Assembly (NCBI GenBank): GCA_012270995.1
Contig: JAAXHG010000117.1
Coordinates: 5,636 to 69,635 of the forward strand
DNA: 64,000 nucleotides
From: Vicinamibacteraceae bacterium
GTDB taxonomy: Bacteria > Acidobacteriota > Thermoanaerobaculia > Multivoradales > Multivoraceae
Direction of reading: 5' to 3'
In this document: positions 18,218-27,712 of the stretch, in pieces
Layout of the letters: every line of letters begins with the position of its first letter
Position numbering within the stretch: the first letter of the stretch is position 1
Position numbers and translations under genes: made by a program
Notes under the pieces: generated by a model
The model's input: only the letters and a program-made list of their open reading frames with translations
Database searches by the model: none
What the model was told of the DNA's origin: nothing

Positions 18218-18273
18218 TATTCTCCCTCCACAAGGGAGAATATGGCACAAAGTTCTCCTTTCTACAAGGAGAA
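18218..18273. promoter_or_regulatory. two adjacent palindromes sharing TTCTCC..GGAGAA half-sites (candidate operators)
   Basis: TATTCTCCCT-ccaca-AGGGAGAATA (18218-18242, perfect 10-bp arms) and TTCTCCT-ttctaca-AGGAGAA (18253-18273). They lie directly upstream of the ATPase start, and the first includes its RBS. Confidence 0.4.
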
Positions 18274-18340
18274 TCCTTCTGTGTTGGCGAGGGAGCCCCA
18301 AGACGAAAGGACCCATCGACACTGTAAAGGCAGCGCTCGT

Positions 18341-19117
18341 TCAGGGAATCTCGTGGACGGGGTTCATATCGAGTTCCAGGCGGTCGAAGAACTCGATGCG
18401 ATTCGGCATCGTCGTCTGGATCGTCCTGGCCATGTCGCGGGAGATCCGCTCCGGGCGGTGCCGGACCGCGAAGAAGGGCCCGAAGCTCTCGGCCACGTCT
18501 TCCCTCCGAGGATGCTCGCGAGCGTAGTCGGAGATGAAGCCGCCGTCCGCGGCCTGCGCGGTCAACCAGTCTTCGGCGGCCGCATGGACCGGATCCAGGG
18601 AGGTGTGCGCGGCCTCGTGCATCAGGATCTCCTCCAGCACGCCGTCGCGCAGGTACTCCGCGGCCTTGCCGACATGGATCAGGATGTTGTCGTTGCCGCC
18701 GCCGAAGGGCATGTCGCCCCGGTGGATCCACACGGTTTCGACCCTGGTTCGCAGGCCCGCCGGTAGTTGGCCGATCGCCCGGCCGTAGAACGCCGCGTGA
18801 CGCTCGGCGGTGGGCGCATCGCCGAACTCCGCGTTGACTTGGACCTCCACGACCATCGCGTCCTCGAAGGTGGCGTCGAACAGGTAGGCATCGGTCAACA
18901 CGAAGGCATCCACGCGCCGGTCGAACATCCTGCGGGTGTCCAGCCCCGTGTAGTCGAGACTCCGCAGGGTCGACGGATCGGACGCGACGATCAGGTCCGG
19001 ATCGATGAAGGCGGTGCCGCGGTACGGCGGCTCCCGCGGCACGGGCTCCGGCGCGGCGCACGCGAGGCCGAGCGACAGGACGGTGGCAGGCATGGAGCCT
19101 TGTCGCAACCGGAACAC
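18341..19117 (-). CDS. putative secreted protein/lipoprotein with HExxH motif
   Basis: N-terminus (M)FRLRQGSMPATVLSLGLAC (signal peptide, lipobox-like). Contains LMHEAAHT (HExxH). No family recognised. Confidence 0.6.
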   Translation of the reverse strand: MFRLRQGSMPATVLSLGLACAAPEPVPREPPYRGTAFIDPDLIVASDPSTLRSLDYTGLDTRRMFDRRVDAFVLTDAYLFDATFEDAMVVEVQVNAEFGDAPTAERHAAFYGRAIGQLPAGLRTRVETVWIHRGDMPFGGGNDNILIHVGKAAEYLRDGVLEEILMHEAAHTSLDPVHAAAEDWLTAQAADGGFISDYAREHPRREDVAESFGPFFAVRHRPERISRDMARTIQTTMPNRIEFFDRLELDMNPVHEIP

Positions 19118-19134
19118 GGGGGCTGGCCTGGCGG

Positions 19135-20466
19135 CTACACGATCCGGACTATCGGCACCGGCAGGATGAACCTGCCGCCCCGGCGGCGGAACTCTGCCTG
19201 TTGGGCCAGGATCTCCTCTTCGAAGTTCCAGGCCAGGAGCAGCACGTGGTCGGGCGAAGGTTCCTCCAGGAGCCGCGCCGGCGCGACGATCGGGATGTGG
19301 GAGCCCGGGGTGTAGCGGCCCTGCTTGAGCGGGCTGCGGTCGGCGATGAAGTCGAGCGTTCCCGGGCCGACACCGAAGAACTCGAGCAGCGTGCTGCCCT
19401 TGGCGGGAGCGCCGTAACCGGCGAGACGGCGGCCCTCCGCCTTGAGGCCGCCCAAGCAGTCCATCACCTCCGCCTTCAACCGGCCGACCCGCCCGGCGAA
19501 CGTGCGCCAGGTGTCGAACCGGTCGATTCCTAGCTGCCTCTCGGCGGCGAGGACCTCGGCGACGCTGCCGTCCACCTCGCCTTCACCGCGGCGCATCACG
19601 GTGGCCCGGAGCTGGCCATGGTGGATCGGCAGCCGTTCCGCCCGCACGATCTCCATGCCGTGGTCCTCGAAGAGCCGCATCATCGGGCCGAGCGCCCAGT
19701 ACGAGACGTGCTCGTGGTACACGGTGTCGAACGCGAGCTGGTCGAGCAGGTCGACCAGGTAGTGCGCCTCGAGAACGAAGGCGCCGCCGGGCGCGAGGAC
19801 CGCGTCGAGGCCCGCGACGAAGCCTCCCAAGTCGGGGATGTGCGGAAACGTGTTCGTCGCGGTGACTAGCGCCGCCCGGCCCCAGCGGTCGGCAATCTCG
19901 CCGGCGGTGTCCGCGCCGAAGAAGCCCCGGTAGCGCTCGATCCCGGTTTCGCGGCTGAACTCGGCCAGGTTCTCGGCCGGGTCGACGCCGAGGGTCCTGG
20001 CGCCGCGGTCGCGAAAGCAGCAGAGGAGCGAAGCGTCGTTGCAGCCGATGTCGACGACGAGACCGCCGTCGGCGAGCGCCCCGAAACTTCTCGCTGGCTC
20101 GGCGTTTCGTCCCATCCCGTCCTCACCTGGGAGCTCGCTTCGCGGACTTGCTCCGCCGCGTTCCGCGGAGCGAGCTCCCAGGAGGTGCCGGGCCGTCAGC
20201 GTGGCCGCCAGGTCGTCGAAGTGGGCCCGCAGCGTGTCGGAGGCGGACGACACGTAGAGGTAGTCCGTGAACATCGCGGCGGGCGGCACGCGCTCGACGA
20301 GCTGGACGTGTCCGCAGCCGCGGCAGAAGCCGACGCGCAGCGGGAAGCGCGGTTCGGGGCGGTTCAGGTCTTCGGCGCTCGGGAACTTGTTGGCCAGCGC
20401 GGTGCTGCCGAGGTCGAGGAAGACCTCGACCTCGGGCTCGGAACAGACCAGGCAACTCGCGGTCAC
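19135..20466 (-). CDS. SAM-dependent C-methyltransferase (NDP-sugar C-methyltransferase type)
   Basis: N-terminal zinc-ribbon CLVCSEPEVEVF...CRGCGHVQL, SAM motif LVVDIGCNDASLL, and the C-terminal domain typical of sugar C-methyltransferases. Confidence 0.85.
   Translation of the reverse strand: MTASCLVCSEPEVEVFLDLGSTALANKFPSAEDLNRPEPRFPLRVGFCRGCGHVQLVERVPPAAMFTDYLYVSSASDTLRAHFDDLAATLTARHLLGARSAERGGASPRSELPGEDGMGRNAEPARSFGALADGGLVVDIGCNDASLLCCFRDRGARTLGVDPAENLAEFSRETGIERYRGFFGADTAGEIADRWGRAALVTATNTFPHIPDLGGFVAGLDAVLAPGGAFVLEAHYLVDLLDQLAFDTVYHEHVSYWALGPMMRLFEDHGMEIVRAERLPIHHGQLRATVMRRGEGEVDGSVAEVLAAERQLGIDRFDTWRTFAGRVGRLKAEVMDCLGGLKAEGRRLAGYGAPAKGSTLLEFFGVGPGTLDFIADRSPLKQGRYTPGSHIPIVAPARLLEEPSPDHVLLLAWNFEEEILAQQAEFRRRGGRFILPVPIVRIV
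20126..20182. repeat. 57-bp near-perfect palindrome inside the methyltransferase CDS
   Basis: CCTGGGAGCTCGCTTCGCGGA (20126-20146), a 15-nt spacer, then TCCGCGGAGCGAGCTCCCAGG (20162-20182). 20 of 21 positions are complementary. Confidence 0.9.
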
Positions 20467-20539
20467 CTAGCCCCTCGCACGGATCCGGAGTGCCGGCCAG
20501 AAGGCCGGCGCACCGACAGTCGGACTTTCGGTCGCGACG

Positions 20540-21547
20540 TCAGCCATGGTGGAACGGAGCGACGAGCTGCGAACCGTGAGACTCGTGGCCGACGGGCAAC
20601 TCGTACAGGTCGGCCAGCGCCGAACGGACCGCGGCATGCCGATCGGGCGGGACGACGAACAGCAGGAACCCGCCGCCGCCGGCGCCGCAGAGCTTGCCTC
20701 CCAGGGCGCCGGCCGCGATGGCAGCGTCGTACCAGCCGTCGATCAGCGGCGTCGTGATCGACCCGGCAAGCTCCCGTTTCATCCGCCAGCCCTCGTCGAG
20801 CAGGCGCCCGATGCCTCTGACGTCGACGTCGCCGGCGCCGAGATCCCGGTGCAGGTCGCTCGCCTGGTCCCTCATCCTGCGCAGCGATTCCAGGTTCAAC
20901 TCGGTGCGGTCGTCCTGCTCGGAGAGCACCGCGCTCGCGTCCCGTTGGTGTCCGGTCCAGAACATGAGCACCGAACGGAACAGCTCGCGCAAGAGGTCCG
21001 CGGGAATCCGGAGGTGCTCGACGGTCACCCCGCCGTCAGGCTTGAACGACAGCAGGTTGAGTCCGCCGTAGGCCGCCGCGTATTGGTCCTGCTTGCCGAT
21101 CCGCGCACCCAGGACGTCGATCTCGATGTGACAGGCCTCCTCCGCCAACTGGCCCGCCGAAGCGCGCTCGCCCTTGTACGAGTGCAACGCGTTCAGCAGG
21201 CCGACGGCGAAGGCGCTCGAGCCGCCGAGGCCGGTGGACGCCGGCACGTCACCCACCGTCGAGATGTAGATCGGCGGGTCGACGCCTACGAAGCGCAGGC
21301 ACTCGCGGGCGATGTTGTTGTCCAGTTCACAGGTACGTTCGACCTGCTCGCTCCGGGAGTAGTTCAGGCGCACCGGTTCGAAGAACAGCTCGCTGTGCCG
21401 CTTCACCGTGACGTAGACGTAGCGGTCGATCGTGGTCGAGAGCACCGCGCCGCCCTCCCGCCGGTAGAACGCCGGCAGGTCGGTGCCGCCGCCGACGAGC
21501 GACACGCGCAACGGAGTACGCGTAACGATCAGGCGCGATGCGTCCAC
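20540..21547 (-). CDS. hddA: GHMP kinase, D-glycero-D-manno-heptose 7-phosphate kinase-like
   Basis: TPLRVSLVGGGTDLPAFY and the GHMP motif PASTGLGGSSAFAVG. Sits in a heptose operon. Confidence 0.8.
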   Translation of the reverse strand: MDASRLIVTRTPLRVSLVGGGTDLPAFYRREGGAVLSTTIDRYVYVTVKRHSELFFEPVRLNYSRSEQVERTCELDNNIARECLRFVGVDPPIYISTVGDVPASTGLGGSSAFAVGLLNALHSYKGERASAGQLAEEACHIEIDVLGARIGKQDQYAAAYGGLNLLSFKPDGGVTVEHLRIPADLLRELFRSVLMFWTGHQRDASAVLSEQDDRTELNLESLRRMRDQASDLHRDLGAGDVDVRGIGRLLDEGWRMKRELAGSITTPLIDGWYDAAIAAGALGGKLCGAGGGGFLLFVVPPDRHAAVRSALADLYELPVGHESHGSQLVAPFHHG

Positions 21548-21569
21548 GTCTGCGAGGCTTCCTGTCGTC

Positions 21570-22019
21570 TCAGCCGTGCCGGAGCGCCCAGTCGTAGGGG
21601 ATCCGGTCGCTGAACGGATCGAGCCGCTCCATCTCGTCCGGATCGTGCGGCTCGGTGGCGGCGTTCGCCATGATGACCTGCTTGTCGCCGTACGCCTTGT
21701 AGCCGTTGGCGATCCCGGGCGGGATCTGGACCAGTACGTAGTTGTCCTCGCCGAAGAAGACCTCCTGGAGCTCGCCGTGGGTCGGCGAGTCCTCGCGCAG
21801 GTCGTACATCACGAGCTTGGCCCGGCCGCTGATCACCGCGTTGTTGACCGTCATCGACCGGTGAATGTGCCAGGCCTTGATCGTCCCCGGCCAGGCTGTC
21901 GAGAAGTAGATCTCGCCGAAGCCGAGGAAGTGCTCGTCCGTGGCCGTGAGCATGTGCATGATCTTGCCCCGCTCGTCGACGATCTGACGAAGCGGAACCA
22001 CCTTGACGCCGTGGATCAT
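21570..22019 (-). CDS. RmlC-like cupin, sugar-nucleotide 3,5-epimerase-related
   Basis: 149 aa, ..[33 protein letters not shown].. The ATGA overlaps the upstream SDR gene. Confidence 0.7.
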   Translation of the reverse strand: MIHGVKVVPLRQIVDERGKIMHMLTATDEHFLGFGEIYFSTAWPGTIKAWHIHRSMTVNNAVISGRAKLVMYDLREDSPTHGELQEVFFGEDNYVLVQIPPGIANGYKAYGDKQVIMANAATEPHDPDEMERLDPFSDRIPYDWALRHG

Positions 22020-23101
22020 CCCTTCTCCTCCGGGTTTGCTGCCTCCGGGTTTGCCTCGCCGGCGCCGGCGGCCCAGCGCAGCGATCCGTCCAGCCGCCCC
22101 GAGTCGAGCAGCCGGTTGAGCCAGAGCAGGCGGACGAAGCGCGGGTCGCCGTAGAGTGCCGCGTCGAGGCCGACGCGGCGATAGTCCTCGATCAACTGCT
22201 TCGCGCCGGCGGCGGCGTCCCGGAACTCGAAGTCCGGGAAAGCGCGCGCGAACTTCTCGAACGAGGCGCGGTACGTGCGCTGGTCGGCGCCGGGTTCACC
22301 TCGCACCTCGATCTCGCAGCCGGACACGAGATCGGCCGCGATCTCCGCGAGTTCGATCACGCGGTGGTTCAGGTGGTCGGCGCCGACATTGAAGGCCTCG
22401 TTGTGAACCAGCGAGAGGGGCGCTTCGAGCACGCGGTGAAACGCCGCCGCCACGTCCTCGACGTGAACGACCGGCCGCCACGGCTTGCCGTCGCCGTAGA
22501 CGACGACCCGCCGGTTGGCGAAGGCCGCGCCGGTCAGGTCGTTGAGCACCGTGTCGAAACGCATGCGCGGCGACAGGCCGTAGACGGTGCCGTTGCGCAG
22601 GAACGTCGGCGAGAAACCGTCGCGTGCCAGCTCCCGGATCGCCTCCTCGCTCCGGACCTTGGAACGCGCGTACAGGGTCCGCGGGTCGAGCGGCGAGGTT
22701 TCGTCCACCGTTTCCGTGCTGGACTGCCCGTACATGATGCAGGAAGACGAGAACAGGAAGCGGCGCACCTCGGCCTCGCGCGCCAGCTCGGCCAGGCGCA
22801 CCGAAGACTGGTGGTTGATCTCCTCGGTCCAGGTTTCGTCGAGGTTGCCGATCGGGTCGTTCGAGAGCGCGGCGAGGTGGATCACCGCGTAGAACGCGCG
22901 CAGGTCGGCCGGCTCCAGGTCGCGGATGTCCTTGCGGATCGACGAAATCGGCGCGGGGGCCGGCGTGATCGTGCAGTCGTCGAAGTAGCCCGTATCGAGC
23001 CCGACGACGTCGTAGCCGCGCTCGACCAGGTACGGCGCCATGACCGAGCCGAGATAGCCGCGATGCCCCGTGACCAGGACCGGGCGGCGGGGCGAACTCA
23101 C
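22016..23101 (-). CDS. NAD-dependent sugar epimerase/dehydratase (extended SDR)
   Basis: GTG 23101 overlaps the upstream stop (GTGA). Contains [12 protein letters not shown] and catalytic YARSK. The track ORF is over-extended to 24025. Confidence 0.85.
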   Translation of the reverse strand: MSSPRRPVLVTGHRGYLGSVMAPYLVERGYDVVGLDTGYFDDCTITPAPAPISSIRKDIRDLEPADLRAFYAVIHLAALSNDPIGNLDETWTEEINHQSSVRLAELAREAEVRRFLFSSSCIMYGQSSTETVDETSPLDPRTLYARSKVRSEEAIRELARDGFSPTFLRNGTVYGLSPRMRFDTVLNDLTGAAFANRRVVVYGDGKPWRPVVHVEDVAAAFHRVLEAPLSLVHNEAFNVGADHLNHRVIELAEIAADLVSGCEIEVRGEPGADQRTYRASFEKFARAFPDFEFRDAAAGAKQLIEDYRRVGLDAALYGDPRFVRLLWLNRLLDSGRLDGSLRWAAGAGEANPEAANPEEKG

Positions 23102-24387
23102 CGTTCCACGCCTTCCGCCGCGGCAGCCGATGCCGCCGGGGCCGCGTCGCCGGGGCCTCTGGCCGCGGCGCCTTCCGCTGCCCACCCGGCGGCGGATGAT
23201 CCGAGGAGCCGCGCCGTGTGTGCGAGCAACGGCTCTTCGTCGGTCACCAGGCCGAAGGGGCAGCCCGCCGCGGCCGCCGCCTGGCCGTCGCGCTCGTCGT
23301 CGCCCAGGAACGTCGTCCGCGTCAGATCGAGATGATGGTCGCGCTGGGCCTGAAAGAGCATCCCCGGCGCCGGCTTGCGGCAGGAACAGCCCTCGTCCCA
23401 GCCGTGGGGACAGAAGTAGATGCGGTCGATCCGCCCGCCCGCGTCCTCGGCCTCGCCGCACAGGCGTCGATGCACCGCCGCCAGGTCGTCCAGCGTCATC
23501 CGACCACGGGCGACTCCCGGTTGGTTCGACACGACGAGCACCCGCCAACCAGCCCGGTTGAAGGCCGCGAGCGCGTCGCGAGCGCCCGGCAGCCAGCGCA
23601 GGTCCTCCGGCCGACAGACGTACTCCGCCCGCGGCGGTCGCTCGTTGAGCACCCCGTCGCGGTCGAGGATGATCGTCGGCGAACGGGCGAAGAACGCCTC
23701 GGTCAGCGGCAACCGCTCGTGGCCGCCGACGCTGTAGTAGCGGTGCTCGCTCCAGTAGGCGTGGAGTTCGCCCCGGGCGGTCAGGGCCGGATAGACCGCC
23801 TCCTCGAACAGTAACTGGCGATCCGGCAAGAGAGGCAACACCACCGACTTCTCGAGGATCGCGTAGCTGATCTCGACGCCGCTGAGCCCTGGCGTCGTCC
23901 GACCGCGATCGAAGACGGTGACGAAGCCGTCGTCGCCCACGATCACGCTGTCCCGCGTGTAGCCGTCCCGGTTCCCGTAGACGGTGATCTGGGCCGCCGC
24001 CCCGGAGTCGACGTAGGCGCGCCACATCCGGTCGAACCGCATCGGCCAGTAGTTGTCGCAGTAGAGGAGCAGGAACATGTCGTCCAGTTCGTCGGCTGCG
24101 TCCTTGACCCGGTGCGCCGTCAGGTCATCCGGGGCCGTCACCCGGTGGCTGATCCCGACACCGTAGGCCGAGCCGTCGCCGAAGTGGTCGATCATCGCGT
24201 CCGCTCGATAGCCGAGCAGCAACAGGACGCGCTCGAAGCCCTGCTCGCGCAGCATGTCGATCACGTGGCCAAGGAACGGCTTGCCGTGGAACGGAATCAA
24301 CGCCTTGGGCAGCGTGTCCGTCAGCGGCGCCAGGCGGGCGCCCCGGCCGCCGGCCAGGATCACGGCCTGGGTAGGTTTAGCCCGCAT
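23098..24387 (-). CDS. bifunctional sugar-1-phosphate nucleotidyltransferase (HddC-like) / D,D-heptose 1,7-bisphosphate phosphatase (GmhB-like)
   Basis: N-terminus [27 protein letters not shown]-terminal HAD motifs [30 protein letters not shown] and FLGDDERD. Confidence 0.85.
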   Translation of the reverse strand: MRAKPTQAVILAGGRGARLAPLTDTLPKALIPFHGKPFLGHVIDMLREQGFERVLLLLGYRADAMIDHFGDGSAYGVGISHRVTAPDDLTAHRVKDAADELDDMFLLLYCDNYWPMRFDRMWRAYVDSGAAAQITVYGNRDGYTRDSVIVGDDGFVTVFDRGRTTPGLSGVEISYAILEKSVVLPLLPDRQLLFEEAVYPALTARGELHAYWSEHRYYSVGGHERLPLTEAFFARSPTIILDRDGVLNERPPRAEYVCRPEDLRWLPGARDALAAFNRAGWRVLVVSNQPGVARGRMTLDDLAAVHRRLCGEAEDAGGRIDRIYFCPHGWDEGCSCRKPAPGMLFQAQRDHHLDLTRTTFLGDDERDGQAAAAAGCPFGLVTDEEPLLAHTARLLGSSAAGWAAEGAAARGPGDAAPAASAAAAEGVER

Positions 24388-24608
24388 GTTTCACCGACGT
24401 CCTACTGCGGGCGCGGATCCGCTCGCCGTAGCGCGACGTTCTCCCTCACGTCGCCTCGACGTAGTGTCCGCTACGCCTGCGGCGCCTCTCAGTCCGAGCG
24501 CCGCACTACAGCGGCGCCTCCGCGCCCTCGCTACGGACGTCGATAAAACACGCGGGCTTAAGTGCATTGTTGGCTCGATCGTCGGCGCGCAAGCGAGACT
24601 ACTCCGTT

Positions 24609-27092
24609 TCAGTTGCGAACGCGCTTGCCGCCAGGGTCGTACATGGGTCTGAGGGAAGCCTCGGCCGGGACGCGAACGCCCGCGACCTCGATCTCGAAGC
24701 CACCGGGCAGTTTGGGGAAGTCCGGCAACAGCGACATGGGGACGTAGCCGAGACCGATGGCCGCTCCGAGGCTGTGGCCATAGTTCCCGGAAGTGACGTA
24801 GCCCGCGATTTTGTCCCCGAGCCAGATCGGTTCGTAGTGGTAGAGCAGCGGCCGCGGATCCCGGAGCCTGAACTGGACCAGGCGCTTCGCGATGCCGCTC
24901 TCCTTCTGCCTGAGCAACGCCTCGCGGCCGATGAAGCCACCGGGCTTGTCGAGCCTGAGGGCGAACCCGAGGCCGGCTTCGAGCGGCGAGTCCTGATCGG
25001 TGATGTCGTGGCCCCAGTGGCGGTAAGCCTTCTCGATGCGCAGCGAGTCCAGGGCGTGGTAGCCGGCGTGCACGAGGTCGAAGGCCTCGCCGGCAGCCAC
25101 GATCTCGTCGTAGACGCCGACCACGAACTCCGTCGGAACGTAGAGCTCCCAGCCGAGTTCGCCGACATAGGTGATGCGCGATGCCCGCACCAGACCGTAG
25201 CCCAGTTCGATCTCGCGGCTGGTCGCGAACGGGAACGCCTCGTTGGCCAGGTTCGCAGGCGTCAGGGACTGGAGGAGAGCGCGGGAAGTCGGCCCCATCA
25301 GGGAGATCACGCCCATCGCCGAGGTCACGTTCGTGAGCATGCAGTGCGCATCGCCCGGAATGTGGCCCCTGAGCCAGCGAAAGTCCCGCACCTCGGAAGT
25401 GGCGGCGGTGACGATGAGGAAACTGTCTTCCGCCAGGCGCGTCACCGTGAGATCCGCCTCGATGCCGCCGCGCTCGTTGAGCCACTGGGTGTAGACGATG
25501 CGGCCGGGCGGCACATCGACGTCGTTGGCGCAGACCCGGCTGAGCACCCTGGCCGCATCCCGGCCTTCCAGGCGGAACTTCGCGAACGACGACTGGTCGA
25601 ACAGTCCGACGTTCTCGCGCACGGCTCGATGTTCGGCGGCCGAGTACTCGAACCAGTTCTGGCGTCCGTAGCTGTACTCGTAGCGGGCCGGCACGCCCTT
25701 CGGCGCGTACCAGTTCGGCCGCTCCCAGCCGGCGAGTTCCCCGTGGCAGGCGCCAGCGGCCTCCAGGCGGTCGTACAGGGGTGACCGGCGCACGCCCCTC
25801 GCCGTCTCGAACTGGCGATACGGGTAGTGCATGGCGTAGAGGAGCCCCAGGCTCTCGGAGACCCGCTCGCGCAGGTACCTGCGGTTGCCCTGGAAGGGCA
25901 TGTTGCGGCGCACGTCGACTTCCCAGAGGTCGGCCGGCGGATGCCCTTCGAGGATCCACTCGGAAACGACCTTGCCGATCCCGCCCGCGGACTGGATTCC
26001 GATCGAGTTCAGGCCGGCCGCGACGAAGCAGTTCTCGCACTCGGGCACCGGCCCGACGTGGTAGCGGACGTCCGGCGTGAAGCTCTCCGGGCCGCAGAAA
26101 AGCTGCAGAACCTCGGCCGACTCAAGAGCCGGCATCCGCTCCCTGGCGCCGCGCAGCAACGGCTCGAAGTGTTCGCGGTCGGCGGCGATTTCGTCGAAGC
26201 AGAAGTCCTCGGGGATGCCGTCCATGCCCCAGGGCCGCGCGTTCGGCTCGAAAACGCCGACGATCAGCTTGCCCGCGTCGTACCTGAAGTACGAGATGGC
26301 ATCGTAGTCCCGCACGACAGGCAGGCTCGCGTCGAGTCCCTCGACGCCGTCGAAACGGACGTAGTAGTGCTCGCAGGCATGCAGCGGGACGTTGACGCCG
26401 ATGGAGGCGGCCAGCTCTCGGGTCCACATGCCGGCGCAGAGGACGACGCAGTCGGCATCGATGTCCCCCTGCTCCGTGGCGACGCCGACGGCACGCCCCC
26501 CGACGGTGCGAACGGCGGTCACCGGCGCCTGCTCGACGATCCGGGCGCCTGCGGCTCGGGCGCCCGCGGCCAGCGCCAGGGTGATTTCGGTCGGGTTCGC
26601 GTAGCCGTCGCCGGGGATGTGCAGTCCGCCGAGCAGGTCGGACGTCTCGAGCAGCGGGACGCGTTCCCCGATCGTCTTCGCCGTCACCACGTCGACCGGC
26701 AGCCCGAGCACCTTCGCCAGCGAAGCGGCGCGCTTGAACTCCTCGAACCGCTCCGGGTCGGCGGTGACCGAGAAGGAGCCGCAGCGGCGATAGCCCGTCG
26801 ACTGTCCCGTCTCCTGCTCGAGGCGGGCGTAGAGCTCGCTCGTGTAGCGGGCGAGGCTCGTCATCGTGGCCGACTGGCGCAGTTGGCCGAGCAGGCCGGC
26901 GGCATGCCAGGTCGTGCCGGAAGTGATCTGGCGGCGTTCGAGCAGGAGCACATCGAACTCTCCCGAGCGCGCCAGGTGGTAGGCGACCGAACAACCGATC
27001 ACGCCTCCGCCGACGACGATCACGCCAACGCGGCGCGGCAACTCCGGTTCCGCTGCAGGGCCCGCAGGGCCTGGCTCGACGGTCGGAGTCAT
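24609..27092 (-). CDS. FAD-dependent dimethylglycine/sarcosine dehydrogenase-like oxidoreductase with GcvT (aminomethyltransferase) domain
   Basis: 827 aa, with FAD motif VIVVGGGVIGCSVAYHLA and a C-terminal folate-binding GcvT-like region. Confidence 0.9.
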   Translation of the reverse strand: MTPTVEPGPAGPAAEPELPRRVGVIVVGGGVIGCSVAYHLARSGEFDVLLLERRQITSGTTWHAAGLLGQLRQSATMTSLARYTSELYARLEQETGQSTGYRRCGSFSVTADPERFEEFKRAASLAKVLGLPVDVVTAKTIGERVPLLETSDLLGGLHIPGDGYANPTEITLALAAGARAAGARIVEQAPVTAVRTVGGRAVGVATEQGDIDADCVVLCAGMWTRELAASIGVNVPLHACEHYYVRFDGVEGLDASLPVVRDYDAISYFRYDAGKLIVGVFEPNARPWGMDGIPEDFCFDEIAADREHFEPLLRGARERMPALESAEVLQLFCGPESFTPDVRYHVGPVPECENCFVAAGLNSIGIQSAGGIGKVVSEWILEGHPPADLWEVDVRRNMPFQGNRRYLRERVSESLGLLYAMHYPYRQFETARGVRRSPLYDRLEAAGACHGELAGWERPNWYAPKGVPARYEYSYGRQNWFEYSAAEHRAVRENVGLFDQSSFAKFRLEGRDAARVLSRVCANDVDVPPGRIVYTQWLNERGGIEADLTVTRLAEDSFLIVTAATSEVRDFRWLRGHIPGDAHCMLTNVTSAMGVISLMGPTSRALLQSLTPANLANEAFPFATSREIELGYGLVRASRITYVGELGWELYVPTEFVVGVYDEIVAAGEAFDLVHAGYHALDSLRIEKAYRHWGHDITDQDSPLEAGLGFALRLDKPGGFIGREALLRQKESGIAKRLVQFRLRDPRPLLYHYEPIWLGDKIAGYVTSGNYGHSLGAAIGLGYVPMSLLPDFPKLPGGFEIEVAGVRVPAEASLRPMYDPGGKRVRN

Positions 27093-27208
27093 AGTCGCGC
27101 GGAGGACTCTAGCGGTCGAGCCAGTGCCAGGCAGCGCTGGACCGCGGACAACCCGGAGCGTTACGCTTGACGTAAGGCGGAAGGGCCACTAGCCTCCGAG
27201 CGGTTCGG

Positions 27209-27682
27209 ATGATTCGGAATCGGATGGTGCCGGTGCATCCGGGCGAAGTGCTTCGGGAGGAACTCGACAGCATCGGTCTGTCGGCCAGCGAGATGGCTCG
27301 GGCGATCGACGTTCCCGTCCATCGGGTCACGTCCATCCTCAACGGCAATCGCGGCGTCACCGCCGATACGGCGCTCAGGCTCGGCCGTTACTTCGGCACC
27401 AGCGAACGCCTCTGGCTCAACCTCCAGCAGACCTGGGAGATCCGTCGGGCGGAGATCGACACCGGAGCGCACATCCTCGAACGGGTGGTCTCTCGGGAAA
27501 CCGAAGCGCTCCGCGAAGCGGCCGGAGCAGCGAGTAGAGCGCTGAACGTCTCCACCCAGGCCGCCGCCTCGCTCAGGGCGCTCGAACAGAACACCGCGCT
27601 TTGCGATCAACTGAACGGCATCGAGCGGTCGCTGCGGGAGCTTGGCGCCAACAACCCCGGGGCGCCTGGCGCCAGGTTCTGA
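27209..27682 (+). CDS. higA: HigA-family XRE-type HTH protein (antitoxin-like; possible R-M controller)
   Basis: MIRNRMVPVHPGEVLREELDSIGLSASEMARAIDVPVHRVTSILNGNRGVTADTALRLGRYFGTSERLWLNLQ plus an extra C-terminal tail of about 70 aa. No higB is adjacent. Confidence 0.8.
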   Translation: MIRNRMVPVHPGEVLREELDSIGLSASEMARAIDVPVHRVTSILNGNRGVTADTALRLGRYFGTSERLWLNLQQTWEIRRAEIDTGAHILERVVSRETEALREAAGAASRALNVSTQAAASLRALEQNTALCDQLNGIERSLRELGANNPGAPGARF

Positions 27683-27712
27683 CGATCATCTCCGGCTAAG
27701 CTCCAAGCGGCC

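Noticed and set aside
22016-24025. Track ORFs that extend far upstream of the real starts (e.g. 22016..24025, 14290..15915, 16890..19061, 57478..59733, 57283..60006, 58647..61244, 52589..55645, 28759..31236).
   Set aside because: The N-terminal extensions overlap the preceding genes in other frames and are low-complexity. Internal ATG/GTG starts that overlap the upstream stops (ATGA/GTGA) or follow an RBS give proteins of normal family length.
24388-24608. Recurrent CGTAGCG / CGCTACG motifs and a small ACGTCG-cct-CGACGT hairpin in the 220-bp leader upstream of the heptose operon, considered as a structured RNA.
   Set aside because: I could not assemble a convincing conserved fold or recognise a known riboswitch class. 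The motifs are short and GC-rich enough to occur by chance.
27093-27208. Search for a higB toxin or a C-box upstream of the HigA-like gene. A weak GTTACG-cttga-CGTAAG inverted repeat overlapping a TTGACG-N17-TAGCCT promoter-like element was noted.
   Set aside because: No ORF of toxin size is present. The inverted repeat is short and imperfect and the promoter match is weak, so it is not reported as a feature.
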